Shown: positions 46,797 through 56,174 of the stretch, one piece after another
How positions within the stretch are numbered: the first letter of the stretch is position 1
How the letters are laid out: every line of letters begins with the position of its first letter
Position numbers and translations under genes: made by a program
Assembly (NCBI GenBank): GCA_025358055.1
Contig: JANYKV010000121.1
Span: 585 to 64,584 of the forward strand
DNA from: Gemmatimonadota bacterium
GTDB taxonomy: Bacteria > Gemmatimonadota > Gemmatimonadetes > Gemmatimonadales > GWC2-71-9
Reading direction: 5' to 3'
DNA: 64,000 nt
Notes under the pieces: model-generated
What the model was told of the DNA's origin: nothing
The model's database searches: none
What the model saw: the letters and a program-made list of their open reading frames with translations, nothing else

Positions 46797-48751
46797 CCCA
46801 TAGCCTCGCGAATCTCCGCGGCCGCTGCGATGGCGTGGTCCACGTCGCGGGAGATGGCGCGGGCCTTTTGGGTGGTCTGAGTGAGGTCACCAATGACCGC
46901 GCCCACGCCGGCTGATCGGAGCCGCAGCAAATCGAACCGGAGGTTTTGCATGGCCAGCACGCTCGATTCGAGGCGGTCCGCGAGACCGGAGCGCCGGCTG
47001 GCCAGATCCGTGGCCGTCTTCAACTGCGATTCGAGTAGGGTGATCCGCCGGTCGCGCTCCTCGCTTGGCGTCTCCTTCCTCAGCGTCTCCAAACGGCTGG
47101 TGACCCGGGCCATGCCCTCTTCGCCGAAGTTGGTATCCATCTCGTAGAGCGCCCGGGCCATCTCGATTGCCTTTTGGTACAGGCCTTCGGTCGTCGCCTC
47201 GATGTCGGTGTCCTGGAGCATCTCGCGATCTGCCGGTGGCAGTTTCGCCACCAAAGCCAGAATCGCCGCCCGGTCGTTATGAACCTGCATGACCGAGGCG
47301 TAGTGGACCCCGAACTCCACCGGCTTCGGAGGCGGAATCTGGCGTCGTGCTTTGGAGTTCTTCGACCCGGGCACCGTGATTGCGTCGGGGGCGGGTGGAC
47401 GGTTCAACACGTCGCGCCAACTGTACCCGGCGTGCCAGAGTTGGGCATAGCTCTTCACGAGCCCAATCCCCATGAACGCGGCGACGATCAACGACCATGG
47501 CGTCGAGATATCCGTGACGAGGTTCACGAAAAAGAGTCCGCCGGAAATACCGGCCCAGCGCGCGAACTGACCCCGGACCTTCTGGACGATTGCCGGCTCG
47601 CCGGTATCGGGGACCGCGTAATTGCTCGGGTCGCCGGTTCGGATCCACTCGCCCCGCTCGTTCCGAACCCACTGTCCCTGGGCGATCCGAGCCTGCATTC
47701 CCCCCGCGTTCCGTCCCTGCCCGCCGACCTGCGGCAACCGTGGCGGCCGCGCCGGCATCGGGACATTCGGGCTCTTGGGAATCGATCGCTGCGCCAGGGG
47801 GCGCAGCGGAGAGGCGGGAGCGGTGCGGGGACGCGTGTTCGTGGCGTTCCGGGAGGACTTCATCCCGGTGAGCGTCGGGCGATAGCCGGTAACCTGTCGG
47901 CTCTCCAACGCTCGACGCAGCGCATCCGCCGTGGCCCAACGATTTTCCGGGTCCTTCTCGAGGCATCGACTCACCGCCAACGACAAATCCTCCGGAATGT
48001 CTCCTCGCTTTTCGTGGAGAACCGGTGCGGGTTCCGTGATCTGCTTCATCAGGATGCCCGCGACTGTTGGGGCGTTGAAGGGGAGCTCACCAGTGAGCAT
48101 TTGAAAGGAGACCACGCCCAGACTGTACAGGTCGGAACGACCATCGATCTCTCGCTCGCCGGCGGCTTGCTCGGGGCTCATGTAGGACGGAGTGCCGATC
48201 GCGACACCGATCCCAGTCAGGGTAGCCCCAGAGCCGGTCGACAAGGCTTTCGCGATGCCGAAGTCCGTCACCATCACTCGGCCCCGCGTTCCCTCCAGGA
48301 GAATATTGTCCGGTTTGATGTCGCGGTGAATGACCCCCGCGCCGTGGGCGGCGCTCAACGCGTCCGCCGTTTCCTTCATGATTCGCCGCGCCTCTTCGGT
48401 CGGCAGTCGCCCGCGCCGTTTGATGCGGGCGCCCAGCGACTCCCCGTCGACCAATCCCATGATGAAATAGACGAGGCCTTGACCTTGGCCCACATCGTAA
48501 ATGGGGACGATGTGCGGGTGCGAAAGGCGTGCGGCGGTCTGCGCCTCTCGAGTGAATCGTTCTTTGATGTCCTTCTGGAATGCGAGCTCCGGGGGCAAGA
48601 CCTTGATCGCCACCCGTCGCTGCAGGCGTTCATCCCGAGCTCGGTAGACCACGCCCATTCCGCCGCGGCCGATTTCGCCCTCAATGGTGTAGGTGTCACC
48701 GAGGGTGTCCTTGAGCCGCTGGACTAGAGATCGGTCTCCCGAGTCAGTCAT
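46793..48751 (-). CDS. Ser/Thr protein kinase with Pro/Arg-rich linker, two TM helices and C-terminal coiled-coil domain
   Basis: GRGGMGVVYRARD, HRDIKPDN, DFG, GTPSYMSPEQ. Hydrophobic segments GISGGLFFVNLV / LIVAAFMGIGLV. The helical C-terminus is unassigned. Confidence 0.85.
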   Translation of the reverse strand: MTDSGDRSLVQRLKDTLGDTYTIEGEIGRGGMGVVYRARDERLQRRVAIKVLPPELAFQKDIKERFTREAQTAARLSHPHIVPIYDVGQGQGLVYFIMGLVDGESLGARIKRRGRLPTEEARRIMKETADALSAAHGAGVIHRDIKPDNILLEGTRGRVMVTDFGIAKALSTGSGATLTGIGVAIGTPSYMSPEQAAGEREIDGRSDLYSLGVVSFQMLTGELPFNAPTVAGILMKQITEPAPVLHEKRGDIPEDLSLAVSRCLEKDPENRWATADALRRALESRQVTGYRPTLTGMKSSRNATNTRPRTAPASPLRPLAQRSIPKSPNVPMPARPPRLPQVGGQGRNAGGMQARIAQGQWVRNERGEWIRTGDPSNYAVPDTGEPAIVQKVRGQFARWAGISGGLFFVNLVTDISTPWSLIVAAFMGIGLVKSYAQLWHAGYSWRDVLNRPPAPDAITVPGSKNSKARRQIPPPKPVEFGVHYASVMQVHNDRAAILALVAKLPPADREMLQDTDIEATTEGLYQKAIEMARALYEMDTNFGEEGMARVTSRLETLRKETPSEERDRRITLLESQLKTATDLASRRSGLADRLESSVLAMQNLRFDLLRLRSAGVGAVIGDLTQTTQKARAISRDVDHAIAAAAEIREAMG

Positions 48752-49113
48752 TCCTGCTCTTTTCAGAAGGTCCTACGGTATACCCTAAACCATTAATCTG
48801 AAGGGTTTTCCCTCTTTGGGCAACCGGTTCCCGTCGCGGATGGTCGGTACTACGGCTGAACCGATTAGAATGTTCCTCGTCGATTGTCATGGGAGATCGA
48901 ACGTCAAATTGGCAGAAACAACCAATCTCATGTGCTGAATCCATGCCAGAACACTCCCTAGTTAAGGGCCATCACCGCCGTTTGCGTGCCCAAGTCGTTA
49001 CTCGGTAACACGATCCATTTTGGTACCCGTCCCTGGCATAGGTGATGCCCTAGACTAGCACGATTACCAAACACGCGGCATTCTTCCCCTAACTGGGGTT
49101 GAGGAGACTATAA

Positions 49114-51660
49114 ATGGGTGAGCGACTTACTCTACCAGTTTTGCCCCTTCGGGAAGTGGTCCTTTTCCCTGGGGTCACTTCTCCGATCGGCGCCGGGCGA
49201 CCCGGTACCCTTCGGGCGATCGAAGCAGCGCTAGCCACCCCGGACAAATTGGTCTTCGCGGTGACCCAGCGCATCAACACCGAATCCGTCACCTCCGAAG
49301 CGCTCTATACCATCGGCACCATCGCGCGCATCGGCCAGCTGCAACGTGGACTGGCCGGGATCCAACTGCTCCTCCACGGCGAGCGGCGCGGAATTGCGAT
49401 GCATGTGAGCGAACATGAAGGATATCTCCAATCCATCGTGGTCGACGCGGAGGAAATGCCACCCCTCAACCCCGAGGACCCCGGCTTCATCGCTTTGCAT
49501 CGAGAGATTCGGGCGCGCGCGGGGGAGTTAGGGCAGAAATCAGGCCTCCCCGAAGAGGTGGTCCAACAGGTCCTGAGTGGCGTCCACGATCCTGGCCGTT
49601 TCGCGGATCTGGTCGCGGGCTACATCGATATTACTCCTTCGCAGCGCCAAGGACTGCTTGAGACCTTGTCGGTCGAAGAGCGCCTCCGGCGCCTCTTGGT
49701 TCACGTTCAGCGACAGATCGCAGTGTTGGATGCGCAGGAAGACATTAAGTCGCAAGTGCAGGAAGAGCTCGGTGAGCGGCAGCGGGAGATGTTCCTGCGG
49801 GAGCAACTCAAGACGATCCGTCGCGAGTTGGGTGAAGACGAGGAGGGGGACGAACTCGACGAACTTCGGACCAAACTCGCTTCGTTGGACCTCGCGCCTG
49901 AGGCCCGTAAAGAAGTCGACCGCGAACTGAGTCGGCTCGGACGCGTCGGCCGGGAGTCCATGGAATCTCAAGTCGTGCGAAACTACCTCGAGACGATTGC
50001 CGAGCTTCCGTGGAATACTCGAAGCGATGAGCATCTCGACCTTGGGAGCGCCTCGGCCATTCTCGAGACGGACCACTATGCCCTCGCGGACGTGAAAGAT
50101 CGGGTGCTCGAGTTTCTCGCTGTGCGCCAATTGCGCCAGGCCCAACAACAGGCCGAGAAGGCCGCCGCGGCCAAGGATGACGTGCCCGTCACGAAGCGAA
50201 AGGCCGGGTCGGAAGAAAACGACTCCGAACCGGGGGAGCTTTCACCCCTGTTGATTCCCACCGAAAAAGCCACCAAGAAGGAAGGGGAAGAAAAGTCGGC
50301 CAAGGGTCCCATCCTGCTGTTCGTCGGTCCCCCTGGTGTCGGCAAGACCTCCGTGGCGAAATCCATTGCGCGGGCCATGGGACGGAAATACGTCCGGATT
50401 TCATTGGGCGGAGCCCGTGACGAAGCGGACATTCGAGGCCACCGGCGGACCTATGTTGGTGCGATGCCGGGAAGAATTTTGCAAGGGATGAAACAGGCGG
50501 GCACGAAGAATCCGGTCTTCCTCCTCGACGAGGTCGATAAGCTTGGGGTTTCCTTCCAAGGCGATCCGGCCGCAGCGCTGCTCGAAGTTCTGGATCCGGC
50601 GCAAAACGACAGCTTCACCGACCACTACCTCGGTATACCGTTCGATTTGAGCGAAGTCCTGTTCATCGCGACCGCCAACTTCATCCAGAGTATTCCCGCG
50701 CCACTGCTGGATCGGATGGAAGTCGTTGAATTCTCCGGGTACACCGAGCGAGAGAAAACCGTGATCGCGCGGAAGTACCTGATCCCGCGGCAATTCGAGG
50801 AGAACGGCGTCGCGGGCGAGCAGCTCGAAATCACCGAGACCGCCTTGTCCTCGGTCATCACCGGTTACACCCGTGAGGCTGGGGTGCGTCAACTTGAGCG
50901 CGAGTTGGGCAAACTCGCCCGCAAGGTGGCGCGCAAGGTCGCCGCCAAAGAAGTGATCAAACTCTCGGTTGGACCGGATCAGGTTACCGACTTACTCGGC
51001 CGGCCGAAGGTGCATCCGGAAAAGGCGGCGCGCGAAGACGCTGTGGGTGTCGCCACGGCGATGTATTACACGCCGGTAGGGGGCGACATCATGTTCGTTG
51101 AAGCCTCCACCATGAAGGGGAAAGGTGAGTTGGTCCTTACTGGCCAGCTCGGTGAGGTCATGAAGGAGTCGGCTCGGGCCGCTTGGACCTATGCTCGATC
51201 CCATGCGGCGGCTTTGCGGATTCCCGACGAAATGTTCGACCGGGATGTTCACATTCACGTTCCCGCGGGGGCGGTGCCGAAGGAAGGCCCTTCCGCCGGA
51301 GTAACCATGGCGACCGCGCTCGTGTCCGCCATGTCGGGCCGGCCGGCTCGCCACGACATTGCCATGACCGGTGAAATTACGCTGCGTGGCCGTGTCCTTC
51401 CAATCGGCGGTGTGAAGGAGAAAATCTTGGGTGCCGTCCGGGCCGGGATCAATATCATCGTGATCCCCAAGGACAACGAGCCGGACTTGGAGGACCTGCC
51501 CGAGGAGGTGCGCAAGGTTCTCGAAGTCCACACCGCCCGCGAGTTGGGCGAGGTGCTGGCAATAACGCTGCGGGGCGCGAGCTTTAAGGAAGGCCGGCTG
51601 CTGTTTGGGGAGGAATCCCCGCGCGACGTGGCCCCGCTGTCGACCGGGTATCGGCACTAG
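49114..51660 (+). CDS. lon: ATP-dependent Lon protease
   Basis: LON N-domain (LPVLPLREVVLFPG). Walker A GPPGVGKTS. Protease domain with PKEGPSAGVTMATAL (catalytic Ser) and GGVKEKILGA (Lys). GAGGAG RBS upstream. Confidence 0.95.
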   Translation: MGERLTLPVLPLREVVLFPGVTSPIGAGRPGTLRAIEAALATPDKLVFAVTQRINTESVTSEALYTIGTIARIGQLQRGLAGIQLLLHGERRGIAMHVSEHEGYLQSIVVDAEEMPPLNPEDPGFIALHREIRARAGELGQKSGLPEEVVQQVLSGVHDPGRFADLVAGYIDITPSQRQGLLETLSVEERLRRLLVHVQRQIAVLDAQEDIKSQVQEELGERQREMFLREQLKTIRRELGEDEEGDELDELRTKLASLDLAPEARKEVDRELSRLGRVGRESMESQVVRNYLETIAELPWNTRSDEHLDLGSASAILETDHYALADVKDRVLEFLAVRQLRQAQQQAEKAAAAKDDVPVTKRKAGSEENDSEPGELSPLLIPTEKATKKEGEEKSAKGPILLFVGPPGVGKTSVAKSIARAMGRKYVRISLGGARDEADIRGHRRTYVGAMPGRILQGMKQAGTKNPVFLLDEVDKLGVSFQGDPAAALLEVLDPAQNDSFTDHYLGIPFDLSEVLFIATANFIQSIPAPLLDRMEVVEFSGYTEREKTVIARKYLIPRQFEENGVAGEQLEITETALSSVITGYTREAGVRQLERELGKLARKVARKVAAKEVIKLSVGPDQVTDLLGRPKVHPEKAAREDAVGVATAMYYTPVGGDIMFVEASTMKGKGELVLTGQLGEVMKESARAAWTYARSHAAALRIPDEMFDRDVHIHVPAGAVPKEGPSAGVTMATALVSAMSGRPARHDIAMTGEITLRGRVLPIGGVKEKILGAVRAGINIIVIPKDNEPDLEDLPEEVRKVLEVHTARELGEVLAITLRGASFKEGRLLFGEESPRDVAPLSTGYRH

Positions 51661-51687
51661 ACCGGGAGCGGTTGGTTCGACTCGTCC

Positions 51688-51718
51688 CTGAGGGGCCGGC
51701 GGGACGCCGACCCCTCAG
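51688..51718. terminator. GC-rich hairpin between convergent lon and GGDEF genes
   Basis: CTGAGGGGCCGGCG-GGA-CGCCGACCCCTCAG. A 14-position stem with one C/A mismatch. It overlaps the stop of the minus-strand gene. There is no clear U-tract on either side. Confidence 0.45.
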
Positions 51719-53328
51719 TCGTTCCGGTTCCCGCCCGCCGCGGTCACCCGATCACGGCCGGCTCCCTTTGCGACGGCCAGGGCCTGGGCGGCCGCAAGGA
51801 ACAGATCGGGTCCGGTCACGCCCTGGGTGGGGTAGCAGGCCATGCCGGCTGAGAATCGAATCGGGATGCTGGTCCCATCAGGAAGCGAGGCGGGGTTGCC
51901 CGCCAACGCCGCCCGGATCTTCTCAGCCGCTAGCAACGCTCCGGATGGATCGCAGTTGCGCAGAAGCACTCCGAACTCGTCGCTCCCACAACGCCCGATC
52001 AGGTCGCTTCCCCGCACTGCGCCTTGCAGAGTGCGAGCGACATGCGAAAGGGTCATGTCACCCACACGATGTCCGTGCCGTTCATTGATGCGGCGAAAAT
52101 GGTCGACGTCGATCAACACGAAAGAAAACGTTTCGTGGTTGCGTTTCGCGTACGCGATCACAAAGTCAAATTCCGCCATGATCGATGCGTGGTTCCGAAG
52201 TCCGGTGAGCGGATCGCGGGGTGCCAGCTCTCGGACCCGGCGACCTCGCTCGACCCGCAGGGCGACTAGCTGGAGGAACAGATTTCTCGGCATCATTTTG
52301 CTCACAGCGTCATCTACCCCGGCCCGGATCAGCTCGAGTCGGTCATGATCTCCTGGTAGCTCCGTGAGGGCGAGGATTGGAAGCAGCGATAGTCGGTCGT
52401 CCCGCCGGATCATGCGCGCGAGGGCAATGACGTCCGAAGCGATGAGACCATCACTGAGAATCACCATGTCAGGGACTTCGGTCGTGAGGATGTTTGCCGC
52501 GGCGGGCGTATCGGCCACCAGGACCAGCCGCATTCCAGCGCCTTCGAACATCGAAGTGTAGGTCGCCACTTCGATTGGTCGCTTCTCCACGAGCAAAACA
52601 CTCGGAGGTGCAGCCTCGATCCGGCCCAGGTCCAAGGCGAATCGAACCAGTTGCGCGTCTTCGTCCTCACCCCAGAACGCGCAATCGATGCCGGCCCCGC
52701 TCTGGTCCAGCGGCGGGAACGGGCCCTTCCCGACTACGACGGCCGCTCGGGGGCGATCCGGCCTTGGCAGAGACCAGAGCGTGCCCGTTGCGAGGGGATC
52801 GGGGAGTCCGGGGGCAAAGAGGACAACCAGATCCGGCCGCTCCGAAATGGGAAGACTGCTCGGATCAATCGTGCCGGGTGCGCTCGAAACCGTATACCCG
52901 GCTGACTCCAGAGATCGCTGCAACCGGATGGCCTCCTCACCGGAAGCCCCGAGGATCAACGCGCGCCATCCAAACCCAGGCTGCGTCGTCTCCGGTCGCT
53001 CGAGACCCAGTTCTGCGGCGGCTGAATCGAATGATGCGGCGACCCACGCGATCCCGGTCTCCAATCGGCCGGCATGTTCCGGGGTAATGGCCGGGTGATC
53101 GAGCAGCCATTGCTCGAGTTCCCGGCTGGTTTTGCTGATACTAGGGAATCCGTACGACCCGCCACTCCCGGCGAGTCGGTGAAACCGGGAGCGGAGGGAT
53201 GCGAAGGCGTCGGGTTCACCGGCACGGAGTGCCGCGAGGTCCTTCCGAAGCTCTGCAAGTCTCGCCGGCGCTTCTGCGAGGTACTCCCGGCGGAGCTCCG
53301 AGAAGAAGGCATCCATCTCCTCACTCAT
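51715..53328 (-). CDS. Hpt - degenerate REC - REC - GGDEF diguanylate cyclase-type protein (motif GSDEF)
   Basis: Hpt (FHRLAGSGGSYGF). Second REC has DMVILSD...AVSKM. GGDEF domain reads RCGSDEFGVLL with an RGSD (RxxD) I-site five residues upstream. ATG 53328 overlaps the upstream stop by 8 nt. Confidence 0.8.
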   Translation of the reverse strand: MSEEMDAFFSELRREYLAEAPARLAELRKDLAALRAGEPDAFASLRSRFHRLAGSGGSYGFPSISKTSRELEQWLLDHPAITPEHAGRLETGIAWVAASFDSAAAELGLERPETTQPGFGWRALILGASGEEAIRLQRSLESAGYTVSSAPGTIDPSSLPISERPDLVVLFAPGLPDPLATGTLWSLPRPDRPRAAVVVGKGPFPPLDQSGAGIDCAFWGEDEDAQLVRFALDLGRIEAAPPSVLLVEKRPIEVATYTSMFEGAGMRLVLVADTPAAANILTTEVPDMVILSDGLIASDVIALARMIRRDDRLSLLPILALTELPGDHDRLELIRAGVDDAVSKMMPRNLFLQLVALRVERGRRVRELAPRDPLTGLRNHASIMAEFDFVIAYAKRNHETFSFVLIDVDHFRRINERHGHRVGDMTLSHVARTLQGAVRGSDLIGRCGSDEFGVLLRNCDPSGALLAAEKIRAALAGNPASLPDGTSIPIRFSAGMACYPTQGVTGPDLFLAAAQALAVAKGAGRDRVTAAGGNRND

Positions 53329-54010
53329 CGTGGCGTTGAAGATCGCGAATGGCGAGAGTAGCTGCGGCGACCAGGGTGGCCGCACTGCCCCAATGGCCGC
53401 TCACCTGGTCCCCATCGCGCGAGGCTATGACGGCGCTGCGCCGGTCGACGACCATGAGCAGTGGCTCGAACGGCCAACGGGCGCCGGGCGTGACCGTCTG
53501 GACCTCGGTGAATGAAAGGGTGGTCGGCGCCGTCGCGGAGAGTGCGAGCCCGACCCCGTTTGAGTGGGCACGACGGAGGGCGGGCGTCAACACAGGATAG
53601 GCGTCTGCGGGGGCAAGCATCATCACCGACTGCGAGGCCCGGGCGACCTCGTGCGCGATCAATTGCAAAGCCGCTCGGGGTGAATGAATTTCCACCAATG
53701 TCGGCGAGGAAGGCACCCCGGCGGATGCGAGGGCCGCACTGAGCTCATCGATGGCGTTGCCTTGCCGTTCAATGATTTGTCCGAGGAGCGTTGCAGGTGG
53801 CTCCGGACGGAAGCGTTTGGGCCGCCCATCCTCCGCTCGCGCGGCGCCCTTCGTGACCAAGCCTTCCAGCGCTGAATAGGCGTTGGCGCGGGCTAAGCCA
53901 GCGGCGCGGGCAATGGCGTACCCCGTTCCAGGACCACCGGTGAGAAGGACCCTATAAACGAGGCTCTCAGTGGGAGTGAAGCCAAAAGGGGTCAGATCCA
54001 GAGGGGGCAT
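53321..54010 (-). CDS. TrmB-like winged-helix transcriptional regulator
   Basis: FGFTPTESLVYRVLLTGGPGTGYAIARAAGLARANAYSALEGLVTKGA is a typical TrmB N-terminal wHTH. Confidence 0.65.
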   Translation of the reverse strand: MPPLDLTPFGFTPTESLVYRVLLTGGPGTGYAIARAAGLARANAYSALEGLVTKGAARAEDGRPKRFRPEPPATLLGQIIERQGNAIDELSAALASAGVPSSPTLVEIHSPRAALQLIAHEVARASQSVMMLAPADAYPVLTPALRRAHSNGVGLALSATAPTTLSFTEVQTVTPGARWPFEPLLMVVDRRSAVIASRDGDQVSGHWGSAATLVAAATLAIRDLQRHDE

Positions 54011-54041
54011 GTTGGGATGGGCCTAACGAGCGCTCATTCCT

Positions 54042-55184
54042 TCAAACATACTCGAGACCCCATCCCAACAATTTGGCGATGAGCGCAAGCCGGAACGTCA
54101 CATCCACTTGTCGAGATTCTACCGCTTTACTCTCCCCCTGAAGGGGGAAACAGTGGTAGCTCATTTTGTTCCCCACTTTGGGAGCGCCTCGAAGACCCTT
54201 AGGGTGCCACACACCATGCTCATTACAATCCGACAAAAGCCTGGTTAGAACCTTGGTGGCGACCGGAGCGGTGTGCAGCGCCCGCACCCGGGCCAACAAC
54301 TCGATGTAGTGGAGGGCCAATGGCACATCCGCCGCATTCCCTTTTGCATCGGCCACAATGGGATCGCCCAAAAGGAAGAGGTCCGGCTTTATCGATCGCT
54401 TCCCCAATTGGATCACATATCCCTTTTTCGGAGCCGGCTGCGCAAGATACTGGCCCAGACGCTCGGTGAATCCGGCCCGTTCCCGCTGGAGATTGGGCAT
54501 GGCCGCAATCATGGCAACCGAATACCAGGTTGGTGGATAGGCGTTCGCGGCAAGGACGACACTCTTACCGGACTTGACGAACGGCTTCTCCGCGAGCGGA
54601 CTCCGGAGGAACTGAGAGACAGAACTGGCAATCTTATGCGCCGCACCTCGAAGCCGAGGGTCTTCCATGTAGCCGGCTTCGGCGAGGGCACAACACGCGG
54701 CCTCCCGCAGGTGGTCTCGGATCCATTCCGCCGCGATGGGCACGTCCTTGACTAGTTTTTGGAACTCGAAATGCAAGGCCGGGTCCTCATCGCGCGACAA
54801 GACCCGAAAGAGCAGACGATCGGCCAGCTTGAACGGGCGTCCTGCTCTGGGATAACCCAGTTGCAGGAGTCGGCGGTATTGGGGTACCGTCCCGACGTCC
54901 TTGATGCCGGCCGCCACCGACGGGGCCAATCCGAGGAAATTCCCGCCCCAAACGCCGCTGTCTTTTTGTTTCTTGACAATGGCTGCAGTGGGTTTAGCGG
55001 TGATGATTGTTTGAGAAGCAGCTTCCATGACCTCGAGGGAAGCGGTTCCCACGGGCACCAGATCTACATAGGTCCGGTACCTGATTGACTCGCTTCCATG
55101 CTCAAGGAGCCAGGAGTAGGGGACCCGATGGTGGGTAGGTAGTTCCAGAAACACCCCCGCGATGGGAGGGAACAGTGGCAGCAA
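54042..55184 (-). CDS. Hypothetical protein (380 aa), helical repeat-like
   Basis: Long ORF with high GC3 and no motif I recognise. Same strand as, and closely spaced with, the TrmB-like and GGDEF genes. Confidence 0.6.
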   Translation of the reverse strand: MLPLFPPIAGVFLELPTHHRVPYSWLLEHGSESIRYRTYVDLVPVGTASLEVMEAASQTIITAKPTAAIVKKQKDSGVWGGNFLGLAPSVAAGIKDVGTVPQYRRLLQLGYPRAGRPFKLADRLLFRVLSRDEDPALHFEFQKLVKDVPIAAEWIRDHLREAACCALAEAGYMEDPRLRGAAHKIASSVSQFLRSPLAEKPFVKSGKSVVLAANAYPPTWYSVAMIAAMPNLQRERAGFTERLGQYLAQPAPKKGYVIQLGKRSIKPDLFLLGDPIVADAKGNAADVPLALHYIELLARVRALHTAPVATKVLTRLLSDCNEHGVWHPKGLRGAPKVGNKMSYHCFPLQGESKAVESRQVDVTFRLALIAKLLGWGLEYV

Positions 55185-55262
55185 ACCGTTGCGAAAATAG
55201 TAGTTACATGCCGATTCAACCAGCCCCCCGTTCGTAGGAGTAGCCCGAACGCCTCCGAAACA

Positions 55263-56171
55263 TCACGGTAGGGCCGGCCGCGCTGCGTCGCAGGAGGGTC
55301 GTCTAAGGAAGGCCAAAACGGCCACCAAGACCTCATTCGGCGCCTCCACATGCGGCCGGTGGAGTCGATTCTGGAGTGGGACCCACTTCACACAAGGAAT
55401 GGTTCGGGCGAGCTCTTCCCCAATCCGAAACGGGATGACAGGGTCCTCGTCACCCCAGATCAACAGGGTCGGCTGGCCAAGGTGGCCGAATTGGCCTCGG
55501 AGGGCTACGAAATCGAAATCCTTGAGCAGTCTTTCCACTGCCGGCCGGAACCGTTCGTCGGTGAAAGGATCGTACTCGCTCCGACCGGCCGGTTCCTGCA
55601 GCCATTCGGCGTCGTGGATTGGTAGCAGGAACGACCGTGACGCCTCCCACCAGGCGATTGCCGATGCCTTTCCCGCCCTGACGGTGTCGAGGAAGCCACC
55701 CATGCCGATGGCGATTCCAGCCGGCGCGATCAACACCAGGGCGTTGACCCGCGTCGGCCGAGACAACGCCATGGCGACCGCGAGTTCGCCTCCCATCGAA
55801 TGACCAATGACCACGAGCGGACCCGGTATCCAGCGATCGACCAGGCGATTCAGGCGATCAGTCATGGAGCCGATGGAGTAGTCGCCGGATGGCTTGTCGC
55901 TCACCCCAAAGGGGGGAACGTCCACCGCGACCACCCGAAAATGCTTCGCGAGGGGATCTACCAGGCTGCGCCACGCCAGCAGCGATTCGCCAAAGCCATG
56001 GAGGAGAAGGAGCGTCGTATCCCCCGCTCCGGCCCTGATCCCTCGTAGTTTCGCATCCCCCGCATCCAGCCACTCAGCGTGGTGAACCGATTTCGAGCTG
56101 CGGGGACGGTCGAGGAGGAGAATGACCGCAACGAGGGGCGGGAGGATCAGCAGCCAGCGCCGGAGGGGCAC
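55263..56171 (-). CDS. Alpha/beta hydrolase
   Basis: LLLLHGFGES, GHSMGG nucleophile elbow, C-terminal His region (LHRPH). Confidence 0.8.
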   Translation of the reverse strand: MPLRRWLLILPPLVAVILLLDRPRSSKSVHHAEWLDAGDAKLRGIRAGAGDTTLLLLHGFGESLLAWRSLVDPLAKHFRVVAVDVPPFGVSDKPSGDYSIGSMTDRLNRLVDRWIPGPLVVIGHSMGGELAVAMALSRPTRVNALVLIAPAGIAIGMGGFLDTVRAGKASAIAWWEASRSFLLPIHDAEWLQEPAGRSEYDPFTDERFRPAVERLLKDFDFVALRGQFGHLGQPTLLIWGDEDPVIPFRIGEELARTIPCVKWVPLQNRLHRPHVEAPNEVLVAVLAFLRRPSCDAARPALP

Positions 56172-56174
56172 CGA

